DNA of 64,000 nucleotides from assembly GCA_050250895.1 (NCBI GenBank), contig JBFWNU010000001.1, positions 1,192,008 through 1,256,007 on the forward strand, given 5' to 3'. Numbering within the stretch: position 1 is the stretch's first letter; every line of letters starts with the position of its first letter. The notes beneath the pieces are model-generated. The model did not search any database. It worked only from the letters and a program-made list of their open reading frames with translations, and was not told the origin of the DNA. The DNA is from Vulcanimicrobiota bacterium (lineage in GTDB: Bacteria; Vulcanimicrobiota; Xenobia; Xenobiales; JADMJV01). Below are positions 1 through 11,595 of this stretch, piece by piece. The position numbers were made by a program, and so were the translations under genes.

Positions 1-490
1 TGGCCATGAGGCAGGCGTCAAAGCCGATCAGTCCGAGCTTCTTGCCAGTCTTGGCCTGAGCGTCCGAGATTCCCTCGTGAATCTCCTTGAGACTCATCCA
101 GGAGCCGCCACTGTAGTCCTGAGCGGCGCCTTTCCAGCCGTCTCCGTGGTCCGAGATGACCAGGAAGTAGTTCTCGGCGGGGTAGTTCTTCATGCCCCAC
201 TCGATGAATTCGCTCAGCTTCTTGGGGTCGGCCATGTCGGTCGAGCCCAGGCTCTGAATCACGGGCGAGTTGAGCTTTCCACGCTCGCCGTCGCGCTGAA
301 TGTGGAGCCGTTCGGCGCCTTTGGAGCCGCCATGGTCAAACTGGACCACCACATCCATCTGGTCGTCGGACCCTGCCAACTCCATCTCGTCGACATCCGA
401 GTGCATGAAGCTCTTGAGGTCGTTATCCGAGGCGGAGTAGACCAGGACACAAAGTTTTTTGGGTTGTTGTAAAGCCGGGCTGATCTGCAT
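1..490 (-). CDS. Clostripain-family (peptidase C11) cysteine protease, 3'-truncated by window edge
   Basis: Not in ORF track because it runs off the edge. Manual translation from ATG 490: MQISPALQQPKKLCVLVYSASDNDLKSFMHSDVDEMELAGS...YPAENYFLVISDHGDGWKG...LGLIGFDACLMA. The DHG and FDACLM motifs give the C11 His/Cys dyad. Confidence 0.85.
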   Translation of the reverse strand, partial: MQISPALQQPKKLCVLVYSASDNDLKSFMHSDVDEMELAGSDDQMDVVVQFDHGGSKGAERLHIQRDGERGKLNSPVIQSLGSTDMADPKKLSEFIEWGMKNYPAENYFLVISDHGDGWKGAAQDYSGGSWMSLKEIHEGISDAQAKTGKKLGLIGFDACLMA

Positions 491-597
491 AACAACGGCA
501 GTTTATCTCTCGTTGGCGCGCGATTCCTTGCCGTCTTGTTACAACATCTTCTGCGAGCGGAGGCCTTGGGGTGGGGGAGGGTGAAGAACCCCCGCCC

Positions 598-3132
598 ATG
601 AGAGTCAAGATTCAAGCTCCGCTATCCGGGGTCGTGGTGCCGCTTGAGCAAGTGCCCGATCCAGTGTTTTCTCAGAAGATGGTTGGTGATGGATTGGCCA
701 TCGACCCTATCGATCAGCGTCTGGTGGCGCCCTTTGACGGCAAGGTGGTGCAGTTGCATCCGGCCCAGCATGCGGTCACTCTATGCAGTGGCGACGGGCT
801 CGAACTGCTGATGCATGTAGGCCTGGACACGGTCAAACTCAAGGGTGAGGGCTTCACGGCCAAAGTGAAGTTGGGTGAGTCGGTCAAGGCCGGCGATGTG
901 CTCATCGAGTTTTCGGCCGATCAGATTGCTCGCCGAGCCAAGAGCCTCCTGACCATGGTCTTGATTACCAACGGAGCGATGGCCTCAGGCCTTCAGTATG
1001 GCAAAGGCATGGTGTCGGCTTCCAAAGACATGGTGCTCGAACTCGATTGGAAGCTCGAAGACGGCGGCTCGGCCGAAGACGGCGAAGAGGTCAGCTCGGA
1101 AGCTATCGTGGTGCCAAATCCTACCGGCCTCCACGCGCGTCCGGCCGCCGTGCTGGTCAATTTGACCCGCCGCTACGACGCCCAGGTGACGCTATGGAAG
1201 GGCGAAGAGAAGGCCAATGCCCGCAGTCTGGTGGCCATTCTTGGTCTCGAGATCGGCAACGGAGAGTCGGTAAGGTTGGTCGCCCGCGGCCCTGAGGCCC
1301 GCCAGGCCATCGCCGACCTGTCCAAGGAGGTGGCCGCAGGTCTGGGCGAAGAGGGAGCGGCCCCCGCCCCCGCTTCGACGGTGCTGGCCGAGCCGGTGGT
1401 GGCTCCGCGGGCTAAGTCCGAAAACCCTGACGAGTATCTGGGTGTGGGGGCCTCGGACGGCGTGGTGGTGGGCAACATCTTTCAACTGCGCCAGCAAGAG
1501 CTCGACGTTCCTAAAGAGAGCAAGCTGACCCCCCAGCAAGAAGATGTCGCCCTGCGCAAAGCCCTGGCCCAGGCCAAAGGCCAGCTCGAAGCCCTGGGAG
1601 CTCGCCTGCACGCTGAGGCTGAGCCGGCCAAGGCCGCCATCTTCGCGGCCCACCAGGAGCTGCTGGAAGACCCCGACCTGCTCGAGCCAGCCGAGGCGGC
1701 CATCGCCAAAGGCAACACGGCCGCCTACGCCTGGCAGCGCGCCTACACTACCCACTCTGAGCGGCTGGCCGCTTTGCGCAACGAGTTATTGGCGGCCCGC
1801 GCCAACGACCTGCGCGATGTCGGCCGGCGCGTGCTGGGCTTGATTCTGGGGACCGAGAGTGTCGAGGTAGTGGTGCCCGAGAAGACCATTTTGGTGGCCG
1901 AAGACCTGACTCCGTCAGACACCGCCACCCTCGACCGCGAGAAGGTGCTAGGTTTTGCTACCACCACGGGCGGAGCCACCTCCCACGTGGCCATTCTGGC
2001 CCGCTCGCTGGGCTTGCCAGCGGTGGCCGGCATCGATCCCCAGGCCCTCGAGGTGCCCAACGGGACCCGGGCTATCCTCAACGGCAACAAGGGAACCTTA
2101 CGCTGCAATCCGCCGGACGATGTGGTCGAGCAGATCGAGGGTCTGCGCCAGCGTCTGGCCGAGCGCCGAGCCGCCCAGCTCGAGAAGGCCCACGAACCGG
2201 CCCGCTGCAAGGACGGTCACCGGGTCGAGGTGGTGGTCAACATCGGCGGAGTCAGCGATGCTGAAGAATGCCTGGCCCTGGGGGCCGAGGGGGTCGGCCT
2301 GCTGCGCTCGGAGTTTCTCTTTCTCGAGCGGCCTTATCCCCCCACCGAGGCCGAGCAGTTCGACTGCTACAGCGCCATTGCCAAGGCCATCGGTCCGGAC
2401 AGGCCGATGGTGTTGCGCACCCTCGACGTGGGCGGCGACAAACCGCTAGCCTATTTGCCCATCCCCCACGAAGACAATCCTTTCCTGGGTCAGCGCGGCA
2501 TCCGGGTGCTGCTCAATCGCCCCGATGTCTTCCGTCCCCAGTTGCGAGCGGCGCTGCGGGCGGCCGAGTTCGGCAACATGCACATCATGTTTCCTATGGT
2601 GGCCAGCATGGCTGAGTGGCGAGCCGCCAAGGCCGCTCTCGAGGCCGAGCGCGAAGCCCTGGGCATCGCCCCGGTCAAGGTCGGTATCATGATCGAGATT
2701 CCGGCGGCCGCCCTGATCGCCGAGCAGTTCGCCAAAGAGGTCGACTTCTTCTCGATCGGTACCAACGACCTGACCCAATACACTCTGGCCATGGACCGCG
2801 GCCATCCCCAGTTGGCCGCCGACATCGACGGCCTCTCGCCGGCCGTGCTACGCCTCATCGAGCGCACCGTGGACGCGGCCCACACCTTCGGCAAGTGGGT
2901 CGGCGTGTGCGGTGGCATCGCTGGCGAAGCGGCCGCCGTGCCCATCCTGGTCGGTCTGGGCGTGGATGAACTGAGCGTCAGCCTACCGCTGGTGCCGGCC
3001 GTCAAAGCCAGGGTTCGCCAGTTTAGCTTTGAACAGTGCAAAGAGCTTGCCCAGAAGGCCCTGCGGCTCGAGTCCGCAGCGGCCGTGCGGGCCCTTTGTC
3101 CAGACCCGCTGGGGGAGGGAGACATCCAGTGA
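598..3132 (+). CDS. Multiphosphoryl transfer protein: PTS EIIA(Glc)-HPr-Enzyme I fusion
   Basis: EIIA ([21 protein letters not shown]), HPr (GLHARPA) and EI ([28 protein letters not shown]) motifs in one ORF. Start moved to ATG 598. Confidence 0.93.
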   Translation: MRVKIQAPLSGVVVPLEQVPDPVFSQKMVGDGLAIDPIDQRLVAPFDGKVVQLHPAQHAVTLCSGDGLELLMHVGLDTVKLKGEGFTAKVKLGESVKAGDVLIEFSADQIARRAKSLLTMVLITNGAMASGLQYGKGMVSASKDMVLELDWKLEDGGSAEDGEEVSSEAIVVPNPTGLHARPAAVLVNLTRRYDAQVTLWKGEEKANARSLVAILGLEIGNGESVRLVARGPEARQAIADLSKEVAAGLGEEGAAPAPASTVLAEPVVAPRAKSENPDEYLGVGASDGVVVGNIFQLRQQELDVPKESKLTPQQEDVALRKALAQAKGQLEALGARLHAEAEPAKAAIFAAHQELLEDPDLLEPAEAAIAKGNTAAYAWQRAYTTHSERLAALRNELLAARANDLRDVGRRVLGLILGTESVEVVVPEKTILVAEDLTPSDTATLDREKVLGFATTTGGATSHVAILARSLGLPAVAGIDPQALEVPNGTRAILNGNKGTLRCNPPDDVVEQIEGLRQRLAERRAAQLEKAHEPARCKDGHRVEVVVNIGGVSDAEECLALGAEGVGLLRSEFLFLERPYPPTEAEQFDCYSAIAKAIGPDRPMVLRTLDVGGDKPLAYLPIPHEDNPFLGQRGIRVLLNRPDVFRPQLRAALRAAEFGNMHIMFPMVASMAEWRAAKAALEAEREALGIAPVKVGIMIEIPAAALIAEQFAKEVDFFSIGTNDLTQYTLAMDRGHPQLAADIDGLSPAVLRLIERTVDAAHTFGKWVGVCGGIAGEAAAVPILVGLGVDELSVSLPLVPAVKARVRQFSFEQCKELAQKALRLESAAAVRALCPDPLGEGDIQ

Positions 3133-4943
3133 AAAACGCCTTCGGAACCCTACAAAAAATCGGAAAATCGCTCATGCTGCCCGTCTCGGTGCTGCCCGTG
3201 GCCGGCATCTTGCTCGGCCTGGGCGCTACCATGGGCAAGAAGCTGACGAAGCTCGCCGAGGCCGGTCAGGTCAGTCCTGGCCTGCAGAGTTTTCTCGGCC
3301 CGATTTTCAAGGTGATGGAACAGTCAGGGGATGCGATCTTCGGAAATCTTCCCCTGATTTTTGCTATAGGCGTTGCCCTTGGCTTAGCCGGTGGGGACGG
3401 TGTGGCCGCCCTGGCTGCGGTCGTAGGGTTTGTCGTCTTGATCGGCACGATGTCGGTGACCACGAGCCTTATGCACCTTGACCAAAAGTTGGTCAAGAGC
3501 GTCATGGGCATGGACACTATGGATACCGGTGTCTTCGGCGGGATCATGGTAGGGGCGCTGGCGGCCTGGCTGTTCAATCGTTACTACAAGATTCAATTGC
3601 CGCCGTATCTTGGGTTCTTCGCTGGCAAGCGCTTTGTACCGATCGTTACCGCCTTTGCCGCCATCGGGCTCGGGCTCGGCTTATCCACATTCTGGCCGTA
3701 CATCTCGGTCGCGATCCAACTGTTTTCGAACTGGGCCGCTGAGGAGAATACTCCGGTAGCCGTTTTTCTTTACGGTCTCGTGGAGCGGTCGCTAATCCCC
3801 TTCGGACTTCATCACATTTGGAACAATCCGTTCTTTTTTGAGATAGGTCGGTATGTTTCAGACTCTGGCGAAGTGGTGAAAGGCGACATCAATCGATTCT
3901 TCGCTGGGGACCCCACAGCGGGAATCCTGGGCGGGGCGTATCTCTTCAAGATGTGGGGGTTGCCAGCGGCTGCGATGGCGATTTGGCACACAGCCAAGCC
4001 TGAACGGCGTGTGCAGGTTGGCGGAATCATGATGTCGGCAGCTTTGACGTCATTCTTGACCGGCATTACGGAACCCATCGAATTTGCCTTCATGTTTGTG
4101 GCGCCGGGTCTCTACGCAGTCCACGCCTTGCTCGCCGCAACCTCGTTTACCGTCATGTATACGCTCGGTGGGCGCTTGGGTACGACCTTCTCCCACGGCC
4201 TGATCGATTACCTATTGGTCTATCCTCTGGCCACGAACTGGTGGCTGGTGTTAGTCCTGGGACCGATTTATGCCCTGATTTACTACAGTGTCTTCCGCTT
4301 TGCGATCCAGAAGTTCAACCTCAAGACTCCCGGTCGCGAAGACGAAACGCTCGACATGACCTCAGCCACCGACGAGGTGGCGCATGGCTTCACGCGCCAG
4401 TTGGTGCTGGCTTTCGGGGGCAAGAGCAACATCACGGCCCTCGATGCCTGCATCACCCGTCTGCGGGTGAGCGTGGCCGACCCGGCTAAGGTCGACTCGC
4501 CCAAGCTCAAGGCCCTGGGCGCCTCCGGCGTGGTGGTGGTCGGAGACAGCATGCAAGCGATCTTTGGACCCCTCTCCGAGAACCTCAAGACCGACATGGA
4601 GGAGTACCTCGCCGTGGCCGGCGACGATGCCGAACTGACCGAGGCTCCCGCTGGCGGCGTCGAGGTAGCCATGGAAGAGCGTCCTAAGTTGCGTGATCCC
4701 GGCGCTCCCGAGAAGGTCAAGGCCTGGATTAAGGCCCTGGGCGGCCGCGAGAACATCCGTGACGTCCAGCCGTGCGCCGAAACCCGCTTGCGTCTAACCC
4801 TGAACAAGGCGACTTTCGACCGCGAAGCCCTCACCGGTCACGGCGTAGCCGCGGCCGTGTCCTATTCCGACGAGACCGTGCATCTCATCGTTGGCCCCAA
4901 CGCCGATCAATACGGTATGGAGATGAAGGCCCAGCTGGCCTGA
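3129..4943 (+). CDS. ptsG: PTS glucose-family EIICB transporter with a second C-terminal EIIB-like domain
   Basis: GTG start overlaps upstream stop (GTGA). Motifs: [43 protein letters not shown]. Confidence 0.85.
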   Translation: MKNAFGTLQKIGKSLMLPVSVLPVAGILLGLGATMGKKLTKLAEAGQVSPGLQSFLGPIFKVMEQSGDAIFGNLPLIFAIGVALGLAGGDGVAALAAVVGFVVLIGTMSVTTSLMHLDQKLVKSVMGMDTMDTGVFGGIMVGALAAWLFNRYYKIQLPPYLGFFAGKRFVPIVTAFAAIGLGLGLSTFWPYISVAIQLFSNWAAEENTPVAVFLYGLVERSLIPFGLHHIWNNPFFFEIGRYVSDSGEVVKGDINRFFAGDPTAGILGGAYLFKMWGLPAAAMAIWHTAKPERRVQVGGIMMSAALTSFLTGITEPIEFAFMFVAPGLYAVHALLAATSFTVMYTLGGRLGTTFSHGLIDYLLVYPLATNWWLVLVLGPIYALIYYSVFRFAIQKFNLKTPGREDETLDMTSATDEVAHGFTRQLVLAFGGKSNITALDACITRLRVSVADPAKVDSPKLKALGASGVVVVGDSMQAIFGPLSENLKTDMEEYLAVAGDDAELTEAPAGGVEVAMEERPKLRDPGAPEKVKAWIKALGGRENIRDVQPCAETRLRLTLNKATFDREALTGHGVAAAVSYSDETVHLIVGPNADQYGMEMKAQLA

Positions 4944-4996
4944 CGACACGTCTCGCTCTTCAGGTTTTTTTAAGGGCGGTGTCGCATGCTGGCGTT

Positions 4997-5659
4997 ATGA
5001 TCGCGACCAGTCTGATCTCTGTGCCGAAGGCCGACTTGCTTGGCCGGGCCTCTGGCTCATGGAAAGAAGACGAGATCGAGCAAAAACTGGCCGCGACTCC
5101 CGATGCTTTGCCCATCGACCAGTTCAGTTCGCTGGGCCTGGGAGTGCTCGACCTGGTCGGGAGCACCCGAAAAGAAGCCGACATCGGCGTGGCCCTGGTC
5201 GAACAGCTCGAGAATGTGCCCGAGAGCCGGGCCGCGGCCCGTCTTACGTTGGCCATGCTCGACCGCTTTCCCCGCTACCCCTCCAGCCAGGTCAAGGTGG
5301 TCCGGGCCATGTTGTCCAACCCCACCCCCCAGCGTCCTTCCGAGGTGATCGGCCTGGCCTTGCAACTGGTCGACGCCACCACCAACGACACTCGCGATAG
5401 CGCCGTTCGTGGGGCACTCGAGCTGATCAAGGTCGAGTATTTTCCCGAGGATGCAGAGCTAAAACAGCTGACGCGCTTTCAGAACACGACAGCCAGCGAG
5501 CACACTCTCGAGCTACTGCACCGCCTCAAGCGCCAGGCCGAATCGGTCGAGACCGTCTATGACCTGGTCGAGGGCAAGCCGCGCGGCGACATTGGGTTCG
5601 AGACCGAGGCTGACTGGATCGTCATCGGCGATGTCACCCTCGATCGCCAGGGAGGTTAG
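4997..5659 (+). CDS. Hypothetical helical protein
   Basis: Fills the gap between ptsG and the convergent FAAL. ATG 4997 is the first ATG after the ptsG stop. No recognised family. Confidence 0.6.
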   Translation: MIATSLISVPKADLLGRASGSWKEDEIEQKLAATPDALPIDQFSSLGLGVLDLVGSTRKEADIGVALVEQLENVPESRAAARLTLAMLDRFPRYPSSQVKVVRAMLSNPTPQRPSEVIGLALQLVDATTNDTRDSAVRGALELIKVEYFPEDAELKQLTRFQNTTASEHTLELLHRLKRQAESVETVYDLVEGKPRGDIGFETEADWIVIGDVTLDRQGG

Positions 5660-5661
5660 CG

Positions 5662-7410
<1,749 letters not shown>

Positions 7411-7595
7411 AGGTTACACCTCCTATTGGCGAAATCTACACCCGTTTCTGACCCATGTCAACCCGAACTTTTTTCACTGCCGTAACAGGCTGGCAACGAA
7501 TCGGGCGGTTGACCAGGGATCGTCCAACCGTGTCCAAATAAGCTTCCCAGGAACTCCGGGGCAGGGATGTAGCCTCGCGATGGGAATTTTTACGC

Positions 7596-8273
7596 GTGCC
7601 CAAGTTTCGCTTCAAAGTCTCCGATGCTCACGGCAAAATCAAGGCCGGTCAGGTGATTGCCCCCAGCCTTGACCAGGCCGAAGAGCGCCTTCGCAAGGCT
7701 GGCTACACGGTGCTCGAATGCACGGAGTCCGATGGCGCGAAGCTAGAAGTCCACGCCGGCCGCAAAGGGTCGGGCCCAACCATCGAGAGGGCCGAGAGCA
7801 AAGGCTATCAACCTTCCATCATCGATTTTATCGAAGATGTCGAGATGGAGCCGCAGCGGCGCAATTTCGGTCTGGTGGCGCTGGCCCTGGTGGGCCTGGT
7901 GGTGGCTATTCTCTATGGCGTGGCCCACAAGCGCGAAGTGGCTGCCAATGCCCCTCAAGAGCCCGAGTACGAGCAGATCAAATTGTCCATCGACGGTTCT
8001 CTTGAAGTGGTCGCGGGGAGCGTCGACGGGTCGAAGTTAGTGTTTCATTTTCCCGAAGTGCCGCTCGACCTTGAACGCGACGCCGAGGGTTTTGTCAACG
8101 CCCAGGGCGGGTTTCAGTTGCAGTATGAGTTCGCCAGTGCCAAGACGCCGACCTATTGCACTTTGACGGTCGAGAAGAAGGGCTACAAGACGGTCAACCT
8201 CGATCGTCAATTCCTCAAGGGCACCGACACGCTGGCGGTCAAGTTGCCGGCGGTTCGCTTACAGCCCGAGTAA
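7596..8273 (+). CDS. Single-pass membrane protein with PilC/GspF-like N-terminal domain
   Basis: N-terminus MPKFRFKVSDAHGKIKAGQVIAPSLDQAEERLRKAGY resembles the PilC/GspF first domain. One TM segment (FGLVALALVGLVVAILYGV) precedes a beta-rich C-terminus. Confidence 0.65.
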   Translation: MPKFRFKVSDAHGKIKAGQVIAPSLDQAEERLRKAGYTVLECTESDGAKLEVHAGRKGSGPTIERAESKGYQPSIIDFIEDVEMEPQRRNFGLVALALVGLVVAILYGVAHKREVAANAPQEPEYEQIKLSIDGSLEVVAGSVDGSKLVFHFPEVPLDLERDAEGFVNAQGGFQLQYEFASAKTPTYCTLTVEKKGYKTVNLDRQFLKGTDTLAVKLPAVRLQPE

Positions 8274-8275
8274 GC

Positions 8276-9373
8276 TTAAGCGCCCAGTTTGCCGATGTAA
8301 CTATACATTGGTATAAAGATCGACAGCACGACGAAGCCGACCACGCTTGCCACCATGCCTAGCAGCAGCGGTTCGAGCGCCGCGCTAAAAGCCTCGATCT
8401 TGAAATTGACCTCCTGGTCGTAGAAAGAAGCGACTCGTTCATACATCGGGGCCAGGTGCGAGGATTCTTCGCCTGCAGCCACCATCTGACAGAGGGTGGA
8501 GGGGTAGATGTCGGGCCGAGTGACCATATAGCTGGCCACCGACTCTCCCTCGAGGATGTTGTTGATCAGAGCCTTGGCGTCCCAGGCCAGCACAGGGCTA
8601 CCTGAGGCCTGGGCACCCAGGTTGAGACTCTTGGGAAGGTCGAGTCCGGCCGAGAGGAGCGCTCCCACCGCCGCGCAGTAGCGGGCGGTGGTGGCAAAGT
8701 GGAGCAGAGAGCCGATCACGGGAACCGCGAGTACGATGCGAAAGAGTTCCATGGCTCCCTTTTCGGTCTTGTAGATATCCCGCACAGCCCCAAAGCCGAG
8801 GCCAACGGCGGCCATTACCACCAGCCAGGCGCCCGGATTCTTGACCGCGTTGGTGATCGTTACCATGATTCGGGTCATCAGTGGTAACTCCATATCCATG
8901 TCGTTGAACACGGTGATGAAGCCGGGCAGCACCGAATAGAAGAGCATCAAGGTGAGAAACGCCGACAGGCCCAGCACGAAGGCGGGATAGGTCAGAGCAC
9001 TGCGGACCCGTTGAAACAGTTTGAAATCGCGTTCTTGCCAGTTGGCCAGACGCTCGAGCGATTCGTCGAGTTGACCGGTGCGCTCGCCGATGGCGGCCAT
9101 GGTGACGTAGACCCGGTTGAAGACTCTAGGAAAGCGGCTCAGGGTGTTGCTAAAGGTGTGGCCGTGCCCGATGCGCTCGGCGACGGTCGAGACCACTTCA
9201 CCAAAGTTAGGGTTCTCGCTCTGGTGCGAGAGGGTGTCCAGGGCGTGCAAGATGGGCACGCCGGTGCGAAGCATCGTGGCCAGTTGGCGGGTGAACAGGA
9301 CGACCAGGGCAGGTTTACACCTAACCTTGGCCATCCACGAATCATCGCCTTTGTCGCGCTCTACTCTGGCCAT
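8276..9373 (-). CDS. pilC: Type II secretion system F / type IV pilus platform protein PilC
   Basis: FTRQLATMLRTGVPI, GERTGQLD, ALTYP, AGEES, LEPLL, IFIPMY. Confidence 0.88.
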   Translation of the reverse strand: MARVERDKGDDSWMAKVRCKPALVVLFTRQLATMLRTGVPILHALDTLSHQSENPNFGEVVSTVAERIGHGHTFSNTLSRFPRVFNRVYVTMAAIGERTGQLDESLERLANWQERDFKLFQRVRSALTYPAFVLGLSAFLTLMLFYSVLPGFITVFNDMDMELPLMTRIMVTITNAVKNPGAWLVVMAAVGLGFGAVRDIYKTEKGAMELFRIVLAVPVIGSLLHFATTARYCAAVGALLSAGLDLPKSLNLGAQASGSPVLAWDAKALINNILEGESVASYMVTRPDIYPSTLCQMVAAGEESSHLAPMYERVASFYDQEVNFKIEAFSAALEPLLLGMVASVVGFVVLSIFIPMYSYIGKLGA

Positions 9374-9413
9374 CCCATGAAACTATTTCACCACGACGGC
9401 CGATATTCCTTAT

Positions 9414-10475
9414 TCAGCCGAGCGTCACGGGGCGCCGCCGGGGGCCCCAGTGGCCCGGCTGGTCGCGCAAGTGGCCGGCGATCCGACGGCCGCATCCCAA
9501 GCAGGCGCCGCCTCGGATGCGATAGGCACCCAGCTGATGCCAATCTCGCTCAATCACCACCTGTCCGCAGCCGGGGCAGTAGGTGGATTGGCTCTCCGGG
9601 TCGTGGATATTGCCGGTATAGACATAGTGAAGCCCGACCTCGATGGCCTGATGTCGGGCCCGGAGCACGGTTTCGGCCGGCGTTTTCGGGGTGTCCATCA
9701 TCTTGAAATCGGGATGAAAGGCGGTGAAGTGGAGGGGGACATCGGGCCCCAGGTGGGTGTTCACCCACTCACTGAGCTTCTGGACTTCGTCGGGAGAGTC
9801 ATTCTGGCCGGGAATGAGCAGGGTGGTGATCTCCACCCAGGCGTCGGTTTGATGGACCAGGTATTCCAGGGTCTCGAGCACGGGAGTCAACTGGCTAAAG
9901 CACAGCTTCTCATAGAACGTCTCGGTAAACGCTTTGAGGTCGACATTGACGGCGTCGAAGGGGCTAAAGAACTCCGACCGTGCCTCCTCGGTGATATAGC
10001 CGGCGGTGACGGCCACTGTCTTGATGCCTTGCTGCCGGCAGGCGCGAGCGGTGTCGATGGCATACTCGGCCCAGATGACGGGATCGTTATAAGTGAAGGC
10101 TACGCTGGTGCAGCCGTTGACCACGGCCGCGCGGGCGATCTGCTCGGGGCTGGCGGTGGCGCTGAGCTTCTCGATTTCGCGAGCCTTACTGATGTTCCAG
10201 TTCTGGCAGAAGCGACAGCCCAGGTTGCAGCCGGCGGTGCCGAACGACAGGACCGGCGTGCCCGGATAAAAGTGCGCCAGTGGTTTTTTTTCGATGGGAT
10301 CGATACAAAAGCCGGTGCTGCGGCCGTAGGTGGTCAAGACGAGGGCGTCGTCCTGTCGTTGGCGGACGAAGCAAAAGGCGCGCTGTCCCTCATTCAAACG
10401 GCAGTGACGAGGGCAAAGATTGCACTGCAGGCGCCCGTCGTCGAGCCTGGTCCACCAGCGGGCCGGGCTAGACAT
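9414..10475 (-). CDS. amrS: AmmeMemoRadiSam system radical SAM enzyme
   Basis: N-terminal CNLCPRHC...C, IDPIEKKPLAHFYPG, radical SAM motif GCNLGCRFCQN, C-terminal CPGC/CLGC. Confidence 0.88.
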   Translation of the reverse strand: MSSPARWWTRLDDGRLQCNLCPRHCRLNEGQRAFCFVRQRQDDALVLTTYGRSTGFCIDPIEKKPLAHFYPGTPVLSFGTAGCNLGCRFCQNWNISKAREIEKLSATASPEQIARAAVVNGCTSVAFTYNDPVIWAEYAIDTARACRQQGIKTVAVTAGYITEEARSEFFSPFDAVNVDLKAFTETFYEKLCFSQLTPVLETLEYLVHQTDAWVEITTLLIPGQNDSPDEVQKLSEWVNTHLGPDVPLHFTAFHPDFKMMDTPKTPAETVLRARHQAIEVGLHYVYTGNIHDPESQSTYCPGCGQVVIERDWHQLGAYRIRGGACLGCGRRIAGHLRDQPGHWGPRRRPVTLG

Positions 10476-11508
10476 TGAAGCGGATATTCAGAATCTCTCC
10501 GTCCACCACAATGTATTCTTTGCCCTCGACCCGGAGTTTTCCCTGGTTTTTGGCTTCACTGAGGCTGCCGCACTGCATGAAGGTGTCATAGTGAATCACC
10601 TCGGCGCGAATGAAGCCGCGCTGCAGGTCGCTGTGGATCTCTCCTGCCGCCTCAGGGGCGGTGGCCCCGATGTCGGTGGTCCAGGCCCGCACTTCGTCCT
10701 CACCCACGGTGAAGAAAGTCATCAAGCCCAGCTGTTGATAGCCGGCCCGCACCATTTGCGAGAGTCCGGTTTCTTCAATGCCCATGCTCTCCATGAACTC
10801 GGCCCGCTCTTCCTCTGGCAGTTGGCTGATTTCGGCCTCGAGCAGGGCGCAGGCGGCCAGGCTCTGGCTGTTGCGCGAGCGGGCGAATTCGTGCACGGCC
10901 GCCACCTTGTCGTCAGGGTTCTGCAGTTGCTCCTCGGATAGATTGGCGGCGAAGATCCGTGGCTTGAGCGACAATAGACCCAGACCCGAAAGAAGCTTCT
11001 TCTCTTCCTCGTTGAGGTCGGGTAGATCGGCGGCCCGGCCTTCGGCCAGGGGTCCCTGCAGCTTTTCGAGCACCTCTTGCTCGCCGGGCAGCAGCTTTTT
11101 CTTGCGCTCCAGTTTGCCCTCGACGATCTTGAGGTCGGCCAGCATCAGCTCCATCTCGAAGTCTTCCATATCCTGGGTGGGCTTGGCCGCTCCCAGATAG
11201 GGGTGGTCGAAGCAGCGCACCACTTCGACCAGCGCGGTGGCCGTGCGCAACTCCCCCAGGGCTTGGGCACCGAGGCCGCCGCTGCCTCCCCCCGGCATGT
11301 CGATGAAGTCGATCTGGGTGGGGGTGGTCTTCTTGGGGTTGAAGATGGCCGACAGGGCCCCCACTCTGGGGTCGGGTACGGCTGCCCGGGCCCGGGGGGC
11401 GCCGCCGCCCTTCTTGTGTTGTTCTTCGCTTCCCAGAGCGGTGAGAGCCGAAAAGAAGGTCGATTTGCCGGCCTGAGCCAGGCCGGTGATTCCGATTGCT
11501 AGTGACAT
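10468..11508 (-). CDS. ychF: Redox-regulated ATPase YchF (Obg family)
   Basis: GLAQAGKST P-loop, VPDPR, FFTVGEDEVRAW, APEAAGEIHSDLQRGFIRAEV, EGKEYIVVDG. Start moved to ATG 11508. Confidence 0.9.
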   Translation of the reverse strand: MSLAIGITGLAQAGKSTFFSALTALGSEEQHKKGGGAPRARAAVPDPRVGALSAIFNPKKTTPTQIDFIDMPGGGSGGLGAQALGELRTATALVEVVRCFDHPYLGAAKPTQDMEDFEMELMLADLKIVEGKLERKKKLLPGEQEVLEKLQGPLAEGRAADLPDLNEEEKKLLSGLGLLSLKPRIFAANLSEEQLQNPDDKVAAVHEFARSRNSQSLAACALLEAEISQLPEEERAEFMESMGIEETGLSQMVRAGYQQLGLMTFFTVGEDEVRAWTTDIGATAPEAAGEIHSDLQRGFIRAEVIHYDTFMQCGSLSEAKNQGKLRVEGKEYIVVDGEILNIRFNV

Positions 11509-11595
11509 GGTGGGCGGGGGTTTCCCGGCTGCGGATTGCATCCCTGCCATCGGTTTGAAAGGGCCGGATAACGGGCAAGCCGAATGGGTCGCGTC

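Noticed and set aside
77-615. Listed short ORFs at the window start
   Set aside because: Alternative frames over the clostripain gene, which has clear catalytic motifs.
9414-10475. Radical SAM as part of a RiPP cluster
   Set aside because: Matches the widespread AmmeMemoRadiSam enzyme, with no SPASM domain or precursor peptide nearby.
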